Origin: Oscillospiraceae bacterium
GTDB lineage: Bacteria > Bacillota > Clostridia > UBA1381
Length of the DNA stretch: 64,000 nt
Assembly: GCA_022509025.1 (NCBI GenBank)
Contig: JAFLUB010000005.1
Location: 7,037-71,036 of the forward strand
Direction: 5' to 3'
The position numbers were made by a program, and so were the translations under genes. This document shows positions 1 through 10,050 of this stretch, piece by piece. The first letter of the stretch is position 1; every line of letters starts with the position of its first letter. The notes under the pieces were generated by a model. The model saw only the letters and a list, made by a program, of their open reading frames with translations. It searched no databases and was not told the DNA's origin.

Positions 1-3000
1 GCCGGCATCTTTTTCAGTGTAATTAATCTTCGCAAAGTCAATTCTTCCGCCCTCAATGTTTTTAGCGGAACTGATTAAATTAAAGTCCTTATCGTAAAGA
101 TTGAATGTGAAGTCGTTCGCGTTAAATGTTCTGCCGTTTAGAACCTTCCATGCGCGGAGCGAAATACTTCCCTTCGCGCTGTAGCTATTCGCAAATAAAG
201 GAACTTCGCCATCTTCAAGCTCGTTCTCCATAGCCTCGTCGGAATAATACGTAACATCGCATTTCATTGTGCCGTCGCCGTTATCTGTCGGTGTTACCTT
301 CGCATAATAAACCGTGTCATCGTATGTATATCCCGATTTTCCGTCGTTTTTCTCGACAATCTTATAGCCGAACGTTTGACCGTCATCTTTGTTCGTATAA
401 TTGATATTACCGAAGGATACTTTACCGTCCTTGTCGTTATATACACTTCTCAAAAGAGTCCAGTCGGTCCAGCTGCCGTCAATCAATTTCTTTTCATATA
501 GCTCAAAATTGAACTGGTAACGCAAAATCTTACGTCCGCTGAGCTTCTTTAACGCCTCTATCGTCGAAGGTCCTTTTGTTGTGTACAGGTTCGTGAAGTC
601 AACCTCCGCATCAGGCCATGAAATTATCTCGCCGCTGTCGTTTACAACATCGCTAATCTCAAACGCTGTCTGATCGGTTTCTGTAACGGTATACAGAATG
701 TGCGTTGGAATATCCTTTATTACGATTTTCTCCCCGTCTTTAAGAGTAAACTCGCCGCCGTTACCGATTTTGCCGGTACGGTCTGTTGCTTTGCCGTCTT
801 TGTCGTAAATGATATAGTTATACTTATCAATTACGTCACCGCCGTCCGGTGTCTTAAGCGTAAGCGTAAACGTAAACACGTTTTTATCAGATGCCGTGTC
901 AGTCTTATCATCTATACGCTTTGTGACGCTCAGGCTGCCGTAAGGATAGTATTGGTTAGTAATCTTAAAACCGTTATCTCTATCGCCTGTTGTCTCGGGC
1001 ACGTAGTTATTAACAGGTTCTTCTTCAATAGTGTATGTAATCTCTTTGCCGCCGTCATAGTACTTGTTAAGGTCCTCAAAAACACCTTTCCAGTTATTGT
1101 CCGCAGTGAGCTTCAGGGATTTTACAAGCTTGCCGTTTGCATACAGATTTACCGTAATGTATGCCGGTCTCTGGCTTGAATCATTGTCCTGCCATGTCTT
1201 AGTTACAGGAATAGAAATCTTCTCAGGCTCGTAAGAGTTATTCAATACGTAGGTAATGCTTCCGTCCTCAGCAACCTTGCGCTCTACATTAAGCGTATAG
1301 TCCGTTTTCTTAAAGCCGTCTGCAAATTCTTCCTCAAAGGTATAATTGATAAAGTTACCTTTTTCATCGTAAGTCAAGAGACGTCCGACTGTGGCGCTCC
1401 ATTGGTTTTCATTGTTCAGCTCAATTGATTTGACCCAATTCCCGTTACTGTCCATTACTTCGACAATTTTACCGTCATTGTCTTTCAATGTAACAGTAAT
1501 AGACCCGGGACGCTTGCCGTCTGCGTTATTACCATCGTCCCATACTTTCTTAATCTCAACATCCTTTGAGTAAATACCTACCTTGGTGTAGCTATTATAG
1601 ATATAATCCCATACGTCCTCGCCATCTACACGCTGTATACAGTTCAGATATATATCGTTATAAGCATGAGCGTTATTATCAGGGTTTTCACGGTCTTTAC
1701 CAACTGTATATTGGTTATCTTTATTCTTGAAATACTCAGGCTGAGGATTATCCTTGTCATACGGAGCGCGCATATTCAGATAGACTATAAGCTCTTCGTT
1801 ACTGTTAAGCACAAAAGATTTATTGTCTTTGCTTTGAGTCATATCTATGGCAATAGCCGTAACTGTGGATAAGTCTTTTGGCTTCTCCGTAGTCCAGATT
1901 TTATTACCTTCTGAATCTTCATCAGTCTTCAGGAGCTCTTTAGTACGTTCAGTGCTGCCTATGTTACCGGGCTTGTAATGCGCTCTGGAAACGTCCTGAT
2001 CCGCTGCTGTACTGTAATATACAACAGGCTTTACGCCTTTACTCTCCACCTGCGACAGGTCGATAGATAGGAGACTGCCGTGCCACTTGTTGTCGCCATA
2101 GTCATCTCTATCCGCATCCTCGCCCTCTGTATTAGGATTATATTGTTCTATTTTGTCAAAGAGAATAATGTCATATGTGGAGGTGTCAGACTCAGAGCTG
2201 ATAACCATACGGTAAGAGTATAATCCGCCCTCCTGAACATTAACATCATTATTTTCGCCCTTTGACCATTCACCTGAACCGGTTATTGATACCTGCTTTT
2301 CCAATGATGTTGTAGCAAATACATTAATACCTGAGAAATCAACAGGTGCGCCGGCATAGACGAAAGCATGAGGTTCTCCCTCGGGATTTCCGTCCTGATT
2401 GAGGTCTGTCATCCAATCAATAGCTTCTGAACCGACTGCATTCTCTGACTGAATATGATTATCCGCAGTCGGGTCATCAGGCTCGCCTATCCACTCTACA
2501 ACATTACCTATTTCGCCCTCGCTTGCCTCATAGGCAGCCACGTTACGCATATATCTCGTTTTATTTGATACAATATCATCATATGAGCTGTAGGACTCGA
2601 AGGTCAGGGTATGGGTGTTCTTATAACCCTTTTCAGGATAATGCTCAGCCATACCTTTGTTATTATCGCCTGAATACTTCTGCTCAGCCGTATATGAGAT
2701 ATTATCTACGAGATTAACCTCGGCAATAAGCAGTGTTCTTCCTGAGCCTTTGTAGTTCGGAACTGTCCAGACTTTTTTAACACTGTCCGAACCGCCGGCT
2801 TTGACAGTGCCGGTAATCGGTTCAACTCCGGCGGGCAGAAGGTCATAATATCTACCCGAATTTGTGTTCGGAAGCTCTCCCATTTTAATAGCATAGTCAT
2901 AATCACTCTTTGAAGTGACATTTGACTGCTGAGTTAATTTAAGATTGGTATGCAGCGTGACGCGCTTATTCACCGCGTCGATATCCGCATCCCCGTAAGT

Positions 3001-6000
3001 AAAGCTCTTTTCAAGCTCAGGTGCGACTCTGTATCGTCTTCCATGCAAATAACCGGTAGCCGTAGCCTCCATTGATGTGACGGTATCGCCCTTTTTATAT
3101 TCACGTGTATCTCCGTACTCGTCTTCCTCGCGTTTTGTTTCGTCGCCTAAGTATATAGCATAGCCTCTCGCTTTATTATACAGCGGAAGCATCACGAAGT
3201 CGTTTTCTCCAAACTCGGTTTCTATTATATTTTTTACGGTTTCCGTTGGTTTTACGTGAAGAACGACATCGAAATTCATATCGGTCATAGTAACGACTTC
3301 ATCATCAGGATTGTCAAACTCCTGCTTGACATGAGCCACGAGCTTACCTTCCGGCATAGTAACTTTCCAGCCTTCTTCCACCTTTTCAACAGACGCGCCG
3401 TTAGATTCCGTCACAACGCCGTCAACCAGTTTTGCCAGCTCAATCCAGTTGCCGTCTATCTCACCGTACAGAGTAGTCGGAGGCGTATCAATAACAGCCC
3501 TGCTATAGTACCCGTCCTCATCATAGGTGGTATACTTATACACGACCGGAGCGCCGAATGTAACCTCGCTGATATCTATATCATTTACCGTTAGCTTTCT
3601 GTTTTGATTTAAAATATACTCCTCGTCCTCAAGAACAAATCTGTTCGGATATATACTGTGTGCCACTGCCTGCTTTGCTACGGAGGTAGTTGCCTCAACA
3701 GGATATGTTACATATACATCCTGATTACGAAGCAGCTTGTTCAGAGACAAATCGTCTCTCATACTGTCAAGCTTGCTGTCGCTATACTTATACTCAACAT
3801 CCTTTGTAATTGTGGAAAGCTCATACTTAATCCAACCGTCGTCATACTCGTTGTCATAGGTCCAGATATGATTATCCTCATCGTATTCCGTTCCTCTCAG
3901 AACATACTGCCATTCCAGCTGGTGTCCCGAATCGTCATATCTCGTTTCAAATACGCCTTTGCGCTTAGATTCATCTATCGACTCACCAACATTAAAGGTT
4001 TTAACATGACCTTCGTCCGACCATTCGTATTTCCAGTCGTTAGGGTACTCAGACGTCTTATCATCTGAGTTGTCCGCAGTAAGCAGAATAGATTTCCATG
4101 GAGCAAAGGAAGAATATTCCTTCCAATAAATTCTCAGAATCATTTCATCGGGACGCAGTTTCCAATAATTATCCACATACTCGCCCGTATTTTCGTCTAT
4201 GACAATATCACTCCAGTGCTTAACAAACGTGTATGTAGTCGGCGCCTTTGTTTCCACTGTGGCAGATGCCGATCTGTGGGTCTCAATATTATCGTCCCAG
4301 CCGGTAACATAAATAGTTTGCATATTGTTCAGAGTAGTCTTTTCCTCAGGTATACTGCTCTTCGGGTATGCAGTCCATACATAAGCGGACTTCACTATTG
4401 CGCTATATCCGTCATAAAGTAAAGCCTTTACGTAATTATTCTCAGCCTTTTTGTAATATGCGCCGTTTGAAGACGTTTTCACGCCGGAATCGTTCTTATC
4501 CGCGGCAATATCGGACACGCCAAGAAGAATACCGTCGTATTCAGGTTTTCCCGCGCTGTCAAGAGCAATAGCATCTTCAACATACATCTTATACGGCTGA
4601 TTGCCTTCAGCCGTACCGGCAACGTACCAGCGGACATACGCATAATCATCTTTATTCTCGGGCAGCAACTCCGGCGGGATAGAGTCCGGAACGCTCATCC
4701 ACCATACATCATAAGTACCGGACACACTGTTATATGCCGTTTTGTTAGCGTATGTAACATGAACTTCAGTATCGATCTGCGCGTCGATTTCGTTACTTTT
4801 CATAGTAACCGTCTTATTTTGCGGTGTGGAAACCGTCAGGTTTGCATAGAACTTATCGGAAGTGGTTCCATCTACCATCTCATGAGCCACAAGATTGCGG
4901 AACGTACCCTGAATCATTACCTTGCTCGCCGCGGCTAACGGCTTTGCGTTTGTGATAACAATTGTATCGTTTACACGCTTCCAGACAAACTCCACGCCTT
5001 TCTCAGGGTCTTCCGGAATAGAAAGCACCAGCTCGCCCGCTTCCTTGTTCTTTCTATCGGTCCAGATACGGGCAGGAAATGTAAGCTCAACCGTACCGGG
5101 CTGATGCGTCTGCTGACCGGACAGAGCAAAGTCAATCTGGAACTGCTGATTCGTCACAATGTCGGTTTCAGGCTTCGGATCCAGATTCAGCCTTCCAAAA
5201 TAAGCAGGCTTTTCCTCTCCGTCGCTCTTACTGAGCCAGCGGACAAGCAGTCTTTCGATAGTCGTATTATCAACTGTTACAGGCTGCTGAGTTGGAGGAA
5301 CACTCCAGTCTGTATTGTCATCAGTCTCCCCCGCTATAGTTGCAACGGAAGCGCTGTTAACAGCAGCCGCCGTCTCTTTTTCCAATTCTGATATCTGAAG
5401 CAGAGGATGATCGGCAGATTCACCTGTACTCATCAGATTATATTCATCGTCATTATTACCAAAAATGTCGCCTTCGTTTATTTCAGTAATGGCATCATCT
5501 ACGCCATAGGCGGCAATCAGCGCTGAAAGCTTTGCGCCGTTCTCATCTGTATCCTCGGCAACATAGCCACCTTTAGAAGAATCAGAAAGAGAATCTATGA
5601 CATCGGTATCAGTATTACTCTCAACGCCGACTACTGTAATACCGGCATTTTTCGCCATGCTGACAGCACGGTCGAAAACAACACTGCCTTCTGCGCTCTT
5701 AGCGTCAAAGGACAGGCTGATTACGTTAACACCCTGTTTTACCGCATACGAAACAGCGGCATATATGCCGGACAGTCTACCGACTCCGCGGCTGTCAAAC
5801 GCTTTTATGGACAAAACAGAAGTTTTATCGCGAATGCTTTTTACGGTGCCAAGCATTGCTGTACCATGACCGTTATCATCAACACCGTCACCGCCGATAA
5901 CAGAAACAAAGTCAACTTCCCCGTTTGCCGCACCGGTATCTATAATTGCAACGTCATACTTAGATTTATTTGAAAACACTTTCTTAGAGCTTGGTTCTGT

Positions 6001-6489
6001 ATTGTCCGGATTCGGAATTTTTCCGTCCTCCATAGTTTTATCAATACCAAGCAATAGATTCAACTGAGTGAACGCGTCAGATACGGAATCTGAAAAATCT
6101 GACCCTGATGCGTCTGTGTAATCGTCACCGGCGATATACACAGTTCTATCAGGCTCAACAAAATCTGCGATTCCGTAATAGTATTTGTACGCTTCCTTTG
6201 TTTGAGCCTCGTCTGCAAAAGCAAGTATGTATATGCCGTCATACTCAGAGAGAACCTGCTCATCCTCTTTAAATATAGACGCATTATTAGTTGCTACCAA
6301 CAACCGCCTTGACGAAAAATCAATACCGTCAAGGGATACATTGCCTGCAGGCTTAGCCGCAGTCTCTGTGATTTGGGTAGAATCGTCAACAGTTTCTGTC
6401 GCAGCGAACAAAACCGTGTTCGGAACTGCCGAGAAACAAATCACGAGAGACAGTACAAATGCCAATACTCTTTTTGTTTTCATCTTCAT
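1..6489 (-). CDS. Giant secreted surface protein/adhesin (>2163 aa, 3' end outside the window): signal peptide, degenerate subtilase (S8)-like domain, long central region, CnaB-type repeats and FctA/Spy0128-type pilin-like repeats
   Basis: Manual translation from ATG 6489 (RBS AAGGAG 6499-6504): MKMKTKRVLAFVLSLVICFSAVP...VAIIDTG...DDNGHGT...KKVWDDGNNADGKRP...TKTWQDNDSSQRP...KKLSGRKILRYQFNFEL...YTYDDTVY...NIEGGRIDFAKINYTEKDAG at position 1. No in-frame stop was met, which explains its absence from the ORF track. Confidence 0.9.
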   Translation of the reverse strand, partial: MKMKTKRVLAFVLSLVICFSAVPNTVLFAATETVDDSTQITETAAKPAGNVSLDGIDFSSRRLLVATNNASIFKEDEQVLSEYDGIYILAFADEAQTKEAYKYYYGIADFVEPDRTVYIAGDDYTDASGSDFSDSVSDAFTQLNLLLGIDKTMEDGKIPNPDNTEPSSKKVFSNKSKYDVAIIDTGAANGEVDFVSVIGGDGVDDNGHGTAMLGTVKSIRDKTSVLSIKAFDSRGVGRLSGIYAAVSYAVKQGVNVISLSFDAKSAEGSVVFDRAVSMAKNAGITVVGVESNTDTDVIDSLSDSSKGGYVAEDTDENGAKLSALIAAYGVDDAITEINEGDIFGNNDDEYNLMSTGESADHPLLQISELEKETAAAVNSASVATIAGETDDNTDWSVPPTQQPVTVDNTTIERLLVRWLSKSDGEEKPAYFGRLNLDPKPETDIVTNQQFQIDFALSGQQTHQPGTVELTFPARIWTDRKNKEAGELVLSIPEDPEKGVEFVWKRVNDTIVITNAKPLAAASKVMIQGTFRNLVAHEMVDGTTSDKFYANLTVSTPQNKTVTMKSNEIDAQIDTEVHVTYANKTAYNSVSGTYDVWWMSVPDSIPPELLPENKDDYAYVRWYVAGTAEGNQPYKMYVEDAIALDSAGKPEYDGILLGVSDIAADKNDSGVKTSSNGAYYKKAENNYVKALLYDGYSAIVKSAYVWTAYPKSSIPEEKTTLNNMQTIYVTGWDDNIETHRSASATVETKAPTTYTFVKHWSDIVIDENTGEYVDNYWKLRPDEMILRIYWKEYSSFAPWKSILLTADNSDDKTSEYPNDWKYEWSDEGHVKTFNVGESIDESKRKGVFETRYDDSGHQLEWQYVLRGTEYDEDNHIWTYDNEYDDGWIKYELSTITKDVEYKYSDSKLDSMRDDLSLNKLLRNQDVYVTYPVEATTSVAKQAVAHSIYPNRFVLEDEEYILNQNRKLTVNDIDISEVTFGAPVVYKYTTYDEDGYYSRAVIDTPPTTLYGEIDGNWIELAKLVDGVVTESNGASVEKVEEGWKVTMPEGKLVAHVKQEFDNPDDEVVTMTDMNFDVVLHVKPTETVKNIIETEFGENDFVMLPLYNKARGYAIYLGDETKREEDEYGDTREYKKGDTVTSMEATATGYLHGRRYRVAPELEKSFTYGDADIDAVNKRVTLHTNLKLTQQSNVTSKSDYDYAIKMGELPNTNSGRYYDLLPAGVEPITGTVKAGGSDSVKKVWTVPNYKGSGRTLLIAEVNLVDNISYTAEQKYSGDNNKGMAEHYPEKGYKNTHTLTFESYSSYDDIVSNKTRYMRNVAAYEASEGEIGNVVEWIGEPDDPTADNHIQSENAVGSEAIDWMTDLNQDGNPEGEPHAFVYAGAPVDFSGINVFATTSLEKQVSITGSGEWSKGENNDVNVQEGGLYSYRMVISSESDTSTYDIILFDKIEQYNPNTEGEDADRDDYGDNKWHGSLLSIDLSQVESKGVKPVVYYSTAADQDVSRAHYKPGNIGSTERTKELLKTDEDSEGNKIWTTEKPKDLSTVTAIAIDMTQSKDNKSFVLNSNEELIVYLNMRAPYDKDNPQPEYFKNKDNQYTVGKDRENPDNNAHAYNDIYLNCIQRVDGEDVWDYIYNSYTKVGIYSKDVEIKKVWDDGNNADGKRPGSITVTLKDNDGKIVEVMDSNGNWVKSIELNNENQWSATVGRLLTYDEKGNFINYTFEEEFADGFKKTDYTLNVERKVAEDGSITYVLNNSYEPEKISIPVTKTWQDNDSSQRPAYITVNLYANGKLVKSLKLTADNNWKGVFEDLNKYYDGGKEITYTIEEEPVNNYVPETTGDRDNGFKITNQYYPYGSLSVTKRIDDKTDTASDKNVFTFTLTLKTPDGGDVIDKYNYIIYDKDGKATDRTGKIGNGGEFTLKDGEKIVIKDIPTHILYTVTETDQTAFEISDVVNDSGEIISWPDAEVDFTNLYTTKGPSTIEALKKLSGRKILRYQFNFELYEKKLIDGSWTDWTLLRSVYNDKDGKVSFGNINYTNKDDGQTFGYKIVEKNDGKSGYTYDDTVYYAKVTPTDNGDGTMKCDVTYYSDEAMENELEDGEVPLFANSYSAKGSISLRAWKVLNGRTFNANDFTFNLYDKDFNLISSAKNIEGGRIDFAKINYTEKDAG

Positions 6490-6589
6490 CTTCTTCTGCT
6501 CCTTTTTTATGTTAATAGTTATTGTCAATTTTATCACAAATATTTTACATTTTCAAGTATTTTTTGTTAAAATTATTATTTTTGACCAC

Positions 6590-6870
6590 CTAATTGGTAA
6601 AAGTTGCCACAGTTTATTTAAAAAATAATTATCGCATTCAAAATATCCTTTAAATTCCGTATCGTAGCCTGTTTCGCAGAATTTTAACGAATGTATTGTC
6701 ACTCCCGCGGGAATTGTATAATAAATTTCCTCGCCGTTGAGCCAACCCAGGCACTCATATTCCTGTTCTCCGTCACGGGTGTAATACACAGCCATAACGC
6801 TCTTTGTTTCGTACAATAAATCATCATAGGTGTCGGACTTGTATTCGTATCCATGCTAAAATTCCTCCAC
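6590..6870 (-). pseudogene. Internal fragment of a GH78 (alpha-L-rhamnosidase-related) gene
   Basis: Reads SDTYDDLLYETKSVMAVYYTRDGEQEYECLGWLNGEEIYYTIPAGVTIHSLKFCETGYDTEFKGYFECDNYFLNKLW, resembling the segment before the catalytic barrel of GH78-like proteins (ETGY..F.G.F.C....LN.LW). It has no proper N-terminus and the similarity stops abruptly. Confidence 0.55.
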
Positions 6871-6993
6871 GTACTAATTATAGTTTTAGAAAAAATCATG
6901 TCAACACTATGACTTACGGATTTAATACAGAAAAAAGGCAGGCACGGCATGAATTATGCTGTATCTGCCTCTTAATTTCAGTCAGACAAATTA

Positions 6994-9486
6994 TTATTCA
7001 ATTCCGACTACCTCATATCCCGCGTCTGTCACGGTTTTAGTAAGCGTTTCGTTGCTTACGTCCTTATTAAGCGTTACAACCGCCTGACCGCCGTTATCAA
7101 GCGTCACCTCAGCTGTCACGCCGTCAATGGCGTTAAGCGCGTCTGATACCCTTCCTGTGCAATGCGAGCACATCATACCGTTGATTCTGATTGTTTTTGT
7201 CATTTTATTTTCCTCCTTGATTTTATTTTCTTTTATTTTTTCAACCGGTGCATCACTACGCTTTGGTTTGAAAAATCTTAACCTGAGAGCGTTTGATACA
7301 ACGAATACTGAGCTGAAGCTCATTGCAAGCGCGGCAATCATCGGGTTTAGCTTCAATCCAGCTATTCCGTAAAGCACTCCCGCCGCAATCGGTATACCGA
7401 GCACGTTATAGAAAAACGCCCAGAACAGGTTTTCTTTTATATTCTTTATCGTGGCGCGGCTAAGCTCTATTGCCGTCACCACATCCTGTAAGCCGCTTTT
7501 AACGAGAACTATATCGGCTGATTCAATCGCTATATCAGTTCCGGCTCCGATAGCAATGCCTACGTCCGCGCGGGTCAGAGCGGGAGCGTCATTTATACCG
7601 TCACCGACCATTGCAACTCTGTGTCCTTCATTTTGCAACTTACGAACCTCGGCTTCCTTATCGGCCGGAAGCACCTCGGCTATAGCTTTTGTTACTGAAA
7701 TCTGATTTTTGATAGCCTCTGCAGTTATTTTATTATCACCCGTAAGCATTATAATGTCAAGACCCATTTTCCGCATATCCTCTATCGCCTGCTTACTGTC
7801 CTTCTTTATCGTGTCAGCAGCGGCGATAATACCGATAAATTTATTATCCGCGGCAAAATAGAGAGCTGTTTTCCCCTCAGAGGCAAACCGTGTATCCTCA
7901 GCGGTTTCTATTCCGTTTTCTTTCATCATTCTGTAGTTTCCCGCAAGAATTGTCTTTCCGTCTATAACGCCTTTTACGCCCTGACCTTCTATCTGGTTAA
8001 AATCGGTGACGTTTTTAAGACTCAGTTCTTCTGCTTTTTCCAATATCGCTTTAGCAAGAGGATGCTCTGACTTCACTTCCACCGAAGCCGCCAATATAAG
8101 CAGCTCCTTCTCAGAAACGCTCACCGGACATACATCTGTTACTGACGGTCTGCCTTCTGTTATAGTGCCCGTTTTATCAAGCACCACAGTATCAATTTTA
8201 TGCGCCGTTTCAAGACTTTCGGCGGATTTTATAAGTATTCCGTACTGAGCGCCGCGTCCTGTTCCGACCATGATAGCCGTTGGGGTTGCGAGTCCTAACG
8301 CGCACGGGCATGATATAACAAGCACCGAAATTCCCATTGACAATGCAAAGCTTATTCCGTATCCCAATATAAGCCATACTATCACAGTAACAGCGGCAAT
8401 CGATATTACGGCGGGAACGAATATACCAGCGACCTTATCGGCAAGCTTTGAAATAGGCGCTTTTGAAGAAGAAGCTTCTTCAACAAGGCGGATTATCTGC
8501 GAGAGAGTTGTATCCTCGCCCACCTTTTCGACTTCAAATTTAAAATATCCTGATTTGCATATAGTCGCGCCGGTAACACTGTCGCCTACATTCTTTTCTA
8601 CTGCTATACTTTCGCCGGTGATAGCTGACTCGTCAACTGTACCGTTACCCTCTGTTACGCGTCCGTCAAGCGGCACCGCCTGCCCCGCTTTCACAACAAC
8701 AATTTCGCCTACTCTGACATCTTCAACCGATACAACCGTTTCTTTTCCATCGCGTATTACTGACGCTGTTTTCGGCGTGAGGTCAACAAGCTTTTCTATC
8801 GCCTGCGAGGTCTTACCCTTCGCGCGCGCTTCAAGGAATTTACCGACTGTTATAAGCGTCAGAATAGTTGCGGAGGATTCAAAATACAAATCCATCATAT
8901 GTGAGTGAGCCGCATCCATATTGCCATGTCCTAAGGCATAGCCAATCAGGTATAGCGTAACCACGCCATGCACAAACGCCGCACCGGAGCCTATCGCTAT
9001 CAGCGCGTCCATATTGGGCGCACGATGGATAAGAGTTTTAAAACCGTTTATGAAGTATTTTCTGTTAACGTAAATTATCGGAAGCGTCAACAGAAGCTGA
9101 GTAAATGCGAATGTAACCGCGTTCTCGCTGCCATGAAAAATCCCGAGAAACGGAAATCCCCACATATGCCCCATTGATATATACATCAGCGGTACAAGGC
9201 ACGCTATTGACACAATCAGACGGAATTTCACAGATGAAATCTCATCATTTGTTTTTGTATCCTTTATTTCCTTCTCTCCTGCCACTGCTGCGCCGTAGCC
9301 ACCCTCTTTAACAGCGTTTATTATATCCGTTACAGTTACTGTATTTTCATCAAAATCCACCTGCATGTTATTCCTTAAAAGATTTACATTTACGCTGTTT
9401 ACTCCTTTAAGCTTACTCACACTCTTTTCCACATGCGCGCTGCACGCGCTGCACGTCATACCGGTCACATCAAATTTTTCTTTCAT
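6994..9486 (-). CDS. copA: Copper-translocating P1B-type ATPase with N- and C-terminal HMA domains
   Basis: GMTCSAC, TGES, CPCALGLATP, DKTGT, SEHPL, GDGINDAP, YN, MSFSS; C-terminal GMMCSHC. Confidence 0.95.
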   Translation of the reverse strand: MKEKFDVTGMTCSACSAHVEKSVSKLKGVNSVNVNLLRNNMQVDFDENTVTVTDIINAVKEGGYGAAVAGEKEIKDTKTNDEISSVKFRLIVSIACLVPLMYISMGHMWGFPFLGIFHGSENAVTFAFTQLLLTLPIIYVNRKYFINGFKTLIHRAPNMDALIAIGSGAAFVHGVVTLYLIGYALGHGNMDAAHSHMMDLYFESSATILTLITVGKFLEARAKGKTSQAIEKLVDLTPKTASVIRDGKETVVSVEDVRVGEIVVVKAGQAVPLDGRVTEGNGTVDESAITGESIAVEKNVGDSVTGATICKSGYFKFEVEKVGEDTTLSQIIRLVEEASSSKAPISKLADKVAGIFVPAVISIAAVTVIVWLILGYGISFALSMGISVLVISCPCALGLATPTAIMVGTGRGAQYGILIKSAESLETAHKIDTVVLDKTGTITEGRPSVTDVCPVSVSEKELLILAASVEVKSEHPLAKAILEKAEELSLKNVTDFNQIEGQGVKGVIDGKTILAGNYRMMKENGIETAEDTRFASEGKTALYFAADNKFIGIIAAADTIKKDSKQAIEDMRKMGLDIIMLTGDNKITAEAIKNQISVTKAIAEVLPADKEAEVRKLQNEGHRVAMVGDGINDAPALTRADVGIAIGAGTDIAIESADIVLVKSGLQDVVTAIELSRATIKNIKENLFWAFFYNVLGIPIAAGVLYGIAGLKLNPMIAALAMSFSSVFVVSNALRLRFFKPKRSDAPVEKIKENKIKEENKMTKTIRINGMMCSHCTGRVSDALNAIDGVTAEVTLDNGGQAVVTLNKDVSNETLTKTVTDAGYEVVGIE

Positions 9487-9632
9487 TATATTTTCACCTC
9501 TTGTTCGGGAACTTTTATATTGATTTTATGCAATTTTCATGTTATTATTTTACTACAAATTATTTATTATTCAAGTACGCACTTTTTTGACATATACTAT
9601 CAAAAACGATAGTGTGAAATTTTCATGAAAGG

Positions 9633-9995
9633 ATGACAGATATGAAACAGTCTTACATATGTCCGGTAGAGTCTACTCTTGAAATTATCAGCGGGAAATA
9701 CAAGCCGCTTATTTTATGGCATTTATCTGGCGAAACACTCAGATTCAACCAGCTTCAGAAGCTGCTCCCCTCCGCCACGCCGAAAATGCTGACGCGCCAG
9801 CTTCGGGAGCTTGAAAGCGACGGGCTTATTTTGAGAAAAGTATATCCTGTAGTACCGCCGAAGGTAGAATATTCACTCTCGGACACCGGAAAAAGCTTTA
9901 TCCCTATTCTCAATGATATATGCGACTGGGGAAATAAATATCTCAGGTCAAACAATGTATGTCCGAACTGCTCTATGGTTAGCGAAAACGAATAA
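9633..9995 (+). CDS. HxlR/DUF24-family winged-helix transcriptional regulator
   Basis: CPVESTLEIISGKYK...LRFNQL...KMLTRQLRELESDGLI.RKVYPVVPPKVEYSL. Confidence 0.9.
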   Translation: MTDMKQSYICPVESTLEIISGKYKPLILWHLSGETLRFNQLQKLLPSATPKMLTRQLRELESDGLILRKVYPVVPPKVEYSLSDTGKSFIPILNDICDWGNKYLRSNNVCPNCSMVSENE

Positions 9996-10043
9996 ATAAA
10001 GGAGATGTTCAAAAGCGCTTAGCTTTGACACATCTCCTTTATT
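9995..10043. terminator. Bidirectional intrinsic terminator between convergent hxlR-like gene and araA
   Basis: Inverted repeat taaaggagatgt...acatctccttta. Confidence 0.75.
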
Positions 10044-10050
10044 ATCATAA

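Noticed and set aside
700-6628. Many short ORFs listed in 700-6628
   Set aside because: Mostly antisense or off-frame shadows of the single open minus-strand frame 6489 to <1; no RBS or recognisable motifs.
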